Below are positions 39,701 through 48,700 of a stretch of DNA of 64,000 bases, piece by piece. Location of the stretch: contig NC_047018.1 of the NCBI RefSeq assembly GCF_902652985.1, forward strand, positions 22,134,001-22,198,000. Reading direction: 5' to 3'. Positions within the stretch are counted from its first letter, which is position 1; every line of letters starts with the position of its first letter. The notes beneath the pieces are model-generated. The model searched no databases, was not told the origin of the DNA, and saw nothing but the letters and a program-made list of their open reading frames with translations. Source of the stretch: Pecten maximus. Taxonomy: Eukaryota. A program made the position numbers and the translations under genes.

Positions 39701-42700
39701 GTTAAATCTTTTTTAATCCTTAAAAGTTTAAGATAAATGCAGTATAAGACAACATTTTCATGACTATTTACTTAATGTTTTATGTCCAGGGGAAACTTTT
39801 TAATGCCTATTTGCCAATAATGACATGTTCATTATTTCTTTAGTCTGGTATATTTAAAAGTTAACACGTCATAATGTAGCTCGGTTGTATCATATTTGAA
39901 AACAGATAAAACTAAACACCCTTTATAAGCTTGGAAAACTATAAAGCCCTCTAGCATTTCAACATTATGGCGTATGTCTTTAATTTAATCTAATGATAAA
40001 GCGAGTTTGGAACAACGGACTATTCCATTGAGTTTAACAGTTTTCTACACCTTCGTCCTAATTGCCTTCAGAAACATCTGACCACAAGGAAACAGTTAGC
40101 TGATAATGTATTTACCATACCAGGCCCCAATTCCATCAGTATTCCCTATCTTTTGAAATATATATAGTCGTTCGTATATCTATATTATATATATGGATGT
40201 TTTGCAAGATTTTATTGCTTTAGTACTGCTGAAAAGTTATAGATTTTTTTTTTTAAACTTGCTTGAACGATGCTCTAAATAGTTGCATCTAGACGTATTC
40301 CAATTTCCTAATTCGACTTTTTTCAAAGGATAAAAAAAACAATAAAACGTTAAGTAAGTATATTTAAGTCAAGGTGCAAGAACATTTGTAAGTTTTACCC
40401 TTTTATCAAAACGTGTAGTTTATGGTCACATTTGGCAGTTACTGTTTGTGCTATATTTTTCAATACTAAATATACCGTATATACTGTATACTGTCTGACA
40501 ATCTTTTTAATATGATCATTTTACCATCTTTATGTTCTGGATATTGCTTGAATATTTTAGTTACTTATTTTTGTTTGTGTAAAACAAATGGGGTAATGTG
40601 CAATTGCACTGAACAAATGACTTTGTAACTTAAAGTGTAAACTCACCGTCTGTGACCATCTTGGTCAGCCACCTTGAAAAGACCCATCCCGAACGGGTAA
40701 ACGATATTGGATATTGTAGTAGTAAACAATCAGCTTACCTTCACATGACACATTATGCGACCAGGTCAAGTCATCCTGGCACGTGGTAACCATGGTCACG
40801 TTTTGGTCGGCACATCTCATTTCCACAAACATATTGTAGCCTATGTTGAATGGTTTATTTGTAACCTCTACCAGATGACTGTACATGGGCAGCGTAGGAG
40901 GAGGGCACACCGTGTCTATACAAACATTTTAAATGTATATATCCGCGGTTATTTTCTATCATATATCGTTCGACCTACCTCTGGAAAAAGAGATTTCATG
41001 GTTAGTACCGTTTTGTACAGATTACAGCACTTTTTCAGTAACACTGGATTTTTTATGAAGAAGGTGTTATATGATGCGGAGATTGGCTCCTCCAATTCTG
41101 ACAAGGAATGTCATTGGCCGTCCTTTTTTATATTCCTCTGTAATCAGATCCTCGTTCTTAATTGAAAATATAAACTTCTACTAAGAATCATCGGAAAAAT
41201 TATCATCAAAAATGCTATTTGAACACAACCACCAAAACATATGGCTCGCAAAAATTAATATTATTGTAATACAAACAGGTCTGTTACCACATTTCGGCAC
41301 GTTGCATTGTTGCCAGCGGACACGGGAATTAGTTGTGTAACACCATGGAGTAAGTTCAAGGTCAGGGTTGCGGCAGTAGTTAGCGGCTCCGTCATCGACC
41401 CTGTTGCTTAAAGGATGACTGTGTGGAGATTGGCTCTTCCAGTTCTGACAAAGAATGCCATTGGCCGTCCTGTTTTGTATTCCTCTGTAATCAGACCCGC
41501 GTTCTGTGTTGAAACATTCCACGCCTACAGAACAATATTTTAAAAAGATACAAATGCTTCAGTTGAAAGTCTGGTCATTTTAAACTGCATCTAATTTACA
41601 GCAACGACAATTTCTTATCTATCTTTAATGAATAAACATCAATAAATTAGTGTGTTGGTGTTTATTCAGTATAATCAACAATTTAGGCTTGGCGGTGGAA
41701 TTATTATTTAGATATCCATTTTATCCTCAGTTATCATATATTCCATCAGGACGAATATGATAGCTTCAAGTAAGTAAACGAACTATGTCACATCGCTCCC
41801 CTACAGTTAACGGCGCGTTATTTTAAAAGTACATTGTAGGAAAAGTCTCACTACCTAACCGTTGTTTGTACTCCAATTATACAGACATATTTGCAACATG
41901 CTTGTGAGATAGATTGATATGTACTACATCACCTGTACCTACAGGTGTCGGTCAGATTGTAAGCAAGTCATACAAAACACTTGCTCTATACTTAAATTCA
42001 AGTATATTCAGAAACAGGTTTTAGAGAAATTACCTGTACCTTATCTCAATTTGAATGTATTCACCTCCATCCCTCCCTACTCCATCTCACAACCTATATT
42101 AACAGATTTCAATCTGTTTTCGGACATTTGAAATACAACCATGTCACGCGGTTTACTTTCTTTCCAACTGGTACAAAACACGTGTTTCTGTCTAGGAAAT
42201 ACGCAGTAAAGCGGTTACGTGCCTCAACCTCATTCGTGTAGTTGGTTAGATTGTACAAAATGCATAATGAGTACACTTTTCACGTGATAGTGTGGCTACT
42301 TCCATATGTAGTGATTTCTCTGTCCTGCTTAATCACTAAACAATTATGTAACTTACACAACTAAAGAGTCCACAGTCATACCCATTATCAGTTTAGTTGG
42401 GCGGACAGTAAAATGATCGTATAATCAACGCGATGTGGAGTTCCAAAGTTGCCTCGGTGGTATCCAAATCAATATTACCTTCTTATTTCACTCAAATATA
42501 AACTTATAGATCATTATGGCACACAATGTTGTATATACTTACGATATTCACAGTGTCTTCCCCACCTTGTCGGCTTACACTTCGGACAACCTCTGTCTTC
42601 ATTGTCGCATGTAAGGTCGTCCTCACACATTGGAGGACAAAGATGACTACCTTTAAGAATAAATTTTGAATAGAAAAGAAAACACCAAAGTCATACTTAT

Positions 42701-45700
42701 ATTTGCTCAGGAACGATCAAACCTTATAATGGCAATACATCTAGGTACAGCAATACAAGCAACGTTTTACTCTGTTATGACAGTCAGTAGACAAGATGTT
42801 GGGCGGAAATGATAACAGATTTGGGTGTAATTTCTCATCGTTATCCGACTCAATTTGAAATAAATTTATATCAATGTATTATTTCAAAGAATTTTACAAA
42901 AGACACACAAGATACAAGCACCTTTTTAAAAGTGGATTGCAACTAAAGCATGAAATTAGCTATACATGTAGGTGTTTGCTAGGTTCCTAACAAGAATTAA
43001 GGAACAAATATGAAAAGGTTACATACGTTTCATTTTAGAGCGAGGTCTGGTGTAGTAATTTAAATACTTGATATAAATTGCATTTAATTCGAAAGAAGAA
43101 TTTAATCATATTTACCATTCATAAAGCAAGTGGGTAAAGTGCCATTCCAGGAACCATCTTCTTGGCATTCCAGAATACCATATCCTCGGATGTTAAATCC
43201 AGGTAAACAGCGAATATCCACGGTGTCATTGTGGTGATAGACAGAGTCATGGTCAGCAAAAATGTAGCTGTTCCTCTCCAAAGCGGGCCTCGGACAGAAG
43301 GGGGTTAAATCTATTCTTGCACAAGCAGGTGTCAAATTATATCAGGGAAAACACTCAAAGATTGTATTTCATAGTCCGCACAAGGCAAGAAATGATTAAT
43401 TTTATGAAGAAATTATTATGAAATTGGAGAACAGTGACAAATGGATGAATCACTTTGAAGATGTCGGCTAACTCCGTTTTCTCTCTTAAGCGAATGTTAT
43501 TTTGTGTGGCATTTGTAAATCAACTTTGTCTCTGTTTAGGAATTACCTTGGGTAGAATAGAATATAGGTAATTTTTGTTCTATATTGTCAGTTTTGATAT
43601 AGTGATCAAGTGCCGATTTAGGCCAAAACGTTTTTGTTAATTCATTGTTGTGCATAGGGACAAAAGTAAGAGAACAAAACAAAACTCAAAACAAAGAATA
43701 ACCACGAAAAAAACATAAAAAGTGTCATTTCAATTTTGTATTTCGTGTAGACATAATGATTCTAGTTATAATGTTACCGATAGACTCGAGGAAAAAGTCA
43801 AGCAAAGTACGTAAAGAAATCGCTAGATTTAGAATATATAGTTAAATGCATGTTGGGCAAAGAAACATGAACAATGTGATCAATTACTTCAATCAAGCCA
43901 TACGTTATAAATAATATCAAGGTTAACCTCCAACTCATTAATACCATGTTACTAAATATAGTAAGAAATTTTGTCAGATATGGCGTGGAATTACCTGTAC
44001 AGCCTTCAGATGAAGCCCACGTCTTGTTAGATTGACACCATATCGTCGCCTCCCTTTGAAGAGTTCCACACGAATTTACCACGCGCAGAGATGTTCCAGA
44101 AAAGAAAGGCTTTGAAAACGGAACGCCTACTGGTAGTACTTTGTGTACAGGGAATGGAGGTACAGGGCATAGTTTTTTTGAATCTGAAAACAAAATGTTT
44201 AAATATAATATGACATGACACCTAACTAGGGCCAGCTTCTGCAACGCGTCAAATATGCGCATTTAAAGCATTATGGACAAGTGTCTTCAATATAGCCATC
44301 CACTGCGGGGCTGATATTTACTTTCGCTATCATTAAACAGCATCTACCATAGTAGTACTAGCAACACTACCATCGATATTAGGAAGTGTTTAGTTATGTG
44401 ACAAGTATTTTTTTTCATCAAAAGATTATTTATTTTAATTGCTTGTTGATAACTAAACATTATCAAAATCCAAATTATCGTTTTCCTTTGTAAAGAGCAA
44501 ATAAACATATCACATATCACCTATCCAAGAATATGCTGAGAAAAGGAGAAACTGACCTTTTCCCTTTTGCATTCTAATTCTAATCACACCAACCAAAGTA
44601 AATATGCTTGTGTTTACGTTTCTATCACATAGGTTGTAACTGGTAATAACTTACCGCATGTAGGAACGTCACACACCTCCCAACGAACGTTTTTGTTAGT
44701 TGTATAACACCAGGGTGTTGGGTGGTTGTCAGAGCTACGGCAATAGTTTTTGGCTCCTTGAGTAAGGTTTCCGAATCTGTGTTTGTGTGGCGTGTTACTG
44801 GACCATTGTTGACAAACGCGCCCACTAACCGTCACTGACGCCGTGCCACGGTATTTTGCTGGATCATCAGCCCAAAAACAACCCATGGCTGTAAATAAAT
44901 ATATATAATACATACATGTATGCGGAGAACCAATTCCAAAGTAAGATATAACACTAAATCAAACAACCAAACAATAACTGTATAGATTAAAACGTGCTAT
45001 GTAGAGTTTGTATGAATCCCATTGCGTTCATACCATCGTAAACACAATACAACACTCTTCAATCCCTATATAAGCTTTAAGGGTCCCGTTTATCATTTAT
45101 TATATATAAGCTTTAAGGGTTCCGTTTATTACCTATTATACATATGGGGAAAATGACAAATCTCTGTTTAATAGATAGTATCTCTGTTTAAATCGTATGT
45201 CTGTTTATATCATATCACTGTTTATATAGTATGTCTGTTTATATAGTATCTCTGTTTATATTGTATCTCTGTTTATATCATATCTCTGTTTAAATCGTAT
45301 CTCTGTTTATATCATATCTCTGTTTATATAGTATGTCTGTTTATATCGTATCTCTGTTTATATCGTATGTCTAATTATATCGTATGTCTGTTTATATCAT
45401 ATCTCTGTATATATAGTATGTCTGTTTATATCGTATCTCTGTTTATATTGTATCTCCGTTTATATAGTATCTCTGTTTATATCGTATATCTATTTATATA
45501 GTATCTCTGTTTATATCGTATATCTATTTATATGGTATGTCTGCTTATATGATATCGGTGGCTTAAATTGTCGATAGGTCTTTGCAAGCTTTATTCCCGC
45601 ACTTAAATAATCAATTTGATAATAAATATGTTAAACAAAGCGATATTTACTGATAATAACATACTTACGGTTGTCACACTGTCGTCCCCACCAATTCCTC

Positions 45701-48700
45701 TCGCATTTAGGACATCCACCATCAGGGTCATCACATGTCTTTGACGCACAGTTTGTAGAACATGTGCCTCCATCTGTGGAAATAATATGCCAATGTTAAT
45801 ATAGCATTTAAATATAAAACTAAGACCCGTTAACTACTATTACATGTACATAGTTATCATTGTGTAATGGGACAGTACCAAAAACGGACTACCAAACACG
45901 CATTTTGTCCACTCATTAAAGATCCAGAAGATGAATTAGACCCATGTATGACTGTTTAAAAAGAAGAATATCGAATGTTGTTTCAAAACCCAAAAGTGTC
46001 ACCCGCAGCTCACATGTACTCATCTCATAACGTTCTGATATCACCAATTAGTTATCTATGACCAGACGACTTTATTTTATCATTATAATTGTTGTTTTTT
46101 TTCTTTTTTCGAGCAAACCAGAGCATTTTTTCCCAAAACATGGATTTTATGACGTTGGACCAATCACTAACATATTAAACAATTTGTATATCTGTTGGTT
46201 TTCGAACAACTATAGCTCTGTGGACATAAACAGTATATGACATGCTATCTTATCTCATTTTGCAGTATTTCTGACTAGGTATAGCGTTTTATAGATAATT
46301 CGATATCGGCAAATTATCAAGGCCGATTCCGCCTCGATTTCAATTCGTCCAACTTCACGATGGATTGACAATTATTTTGAAAATGAAGGACAAAAGCACG
46401 AAAATTTAATCCAAGTAGGATTTTTATGTTCAGTATGGTACTTGTCATTGTGTGTACACACAACTGATCTGGTAGCTTGAAGTTAAGACCTGCATTCTTC
46501 GCACATCCTGGTCCGCCATCTTGAAAAGACCATCGATAGTGAAAACGTTACTCCCACTCAACACACACTACCTTTCCCATGAAATACCTCTCCAACATTT
46601 GGCTTGTGACTTTCTTAATCATTTTTATCGTTAAAACATTATTGAAGAGTGTTATTGGCCAATTTTCCTTCGGTGTGATAAACAATTTCGGCTTAGTGGT
46701 ATGATAATGCTATAAATATATAATTATTCCTGTTTGGCTTCGGTGATAATATATTCACTCAGGACGAATATTTAGTGTGAAAGACACAAAGTAAATACAT
46801 TTCATCATATCGCTCTACTACCCATACCTAAATCATATTCTTAATGCTTCGCATCCTTTGATAATTAATCATGGTGTTATTTTATTCTGTTACGCTGTTT
46901 GCCCACATATTTTGTGCTCCCATCAGTCATGTTTTTATTCACCATGAACTTTAACTACCCTTTAAAGTTAAAAACATATTGTTGTGTATGATCAACTTAA
47001 AACGAATGAGTTAAGCATGAACTAATTTATACAGACTGTAGAGAAAACAAATAAGCTGGTTAAAATAGTCTTTAGTAAACATGAGCTTAATTAAGATACA
47101 GACTCGAGAACAAACATGATTAAAAATAAAATAAAAAATGTAAGCTGATGAGATAGTCTGTGGAATTATCATACGAGTTAATTAGCAATGACTCAGGAGT
47201 AAGCATAAAGGTTATTTTGATCAGTTTTGCGAGTAAATTTATAAACATGCAACCCTGCTAAAGAGATCTTCTCTGTAGCTTGATCGGTTGAGTGTAAGAC
47301 TAGTCAGCCAAAGGTCCCGGTTTCGATCTAGAGAGGAAGCATTGAAGTGATTATTATGTTCTCTGTTACAGAGGAGTGGGGTGCTGCAGTTGAAAGTGTC
47401 TCCTGTCCATACGCAGTAAAAATGTTAGGGGAAAACATCACCATTGATCCCTGCGTCACTGCTGTACTGAATGGTATAACTGATCTAGTTACAGAGAATT
47501 TTAAAGATGCTGTTCTCGGGTATGCAGTCTGCCGTCGTGGGGTTAAAGTAAAACAAATTTTAACTACAGTTACAGTACCTGTGTAAACACCTCAGCAAAA
47601 CCTATTGTTCTTAATCAAAGGTCAATATTGAGTACAGGCAAACAGATGAAGGTACATAGTAAATAATCTAGCTTTAGATCTTCCTACGAGGAAAGAAGTT
47701 ATCTTCGCGTGAGGAACTTGGTGTATAAATAAAACCAATATCACATTGTCCGAAATATTGCTCTGGCTTATAAAAAAGTGATCTTGTCAAACATAAGATC
47801 AACCCTCTTAATGAACGCATTGGGCATGCTAGAATCGGTGATCACCAGACTCGTCTAAATGTCTTTTGGGTTCTTTAAAGCAGTTATGTTTATCGAACAG
47901 GCATGACTTACTCGTGTCTGCCTAAGTTGTGCATCGAAATAAGACACTGGCATGTGAGAACGGGGGTTTCTATGTTAATTGCAAGCTTAGGAGACTGTAT
48001 CCTGTTCAATATATCATATACTTAATAATGACCCTGTCGAATATAGCGATCAAATGGCATTTACATTACTCAGCTACCATTGAGGATATGTACAGAATTC
48101 ACTCCTTATTTTCCATATGATTCTTACATAGGACAGTGATATATTAGTATTTCTCCGGAGAAAGCAACCGAAACATATCCATTACTCTCATTCAGTAAGT
48201 CTTGGTCTCTTATCATCCCATTTATATGAATAATTAGAACAAATGTAACCAGGATGAGAACGAAACTACTGGCATTGGATGCACAACATTAAATAGCAGT
48301 AAAAAGTACACATTATAAATGGTTCATGCATTATTCTTATACATGATCATATATTACAAACAAAAGGTCACAATTCTATAATGCACAAACTGGATTGAGC
48401 GATGAGCTTCCGCGTGGCCTTTCATTAAACATGTAAAACAGGTCAACATAGATACGAGGTAATCTTGGTAAATCATTATTTCAATGAGCAAAAATTAAAG
48501 TTCTATGAATAGAATGAGGATTTTTGCAATTATCTATTCGATTTTATTTTTTTATTTTATTTATTTATTTATTTATATATATATATTCATTCTTTATCTT
48601 GCTTTTGACATTTTCTTTTTAACATTAGACAATGCCGCTTTGTTAAGCGATATTTCATATGCGGTAATAGGTCTGATTTATAAACAATAACATATATCTC

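Noticed and set aside
47270-47345. Functional tRNA gene
   Set aside because: Stems do not pair and the B box is degenerate. Kept only as a tRNA-derived relic.
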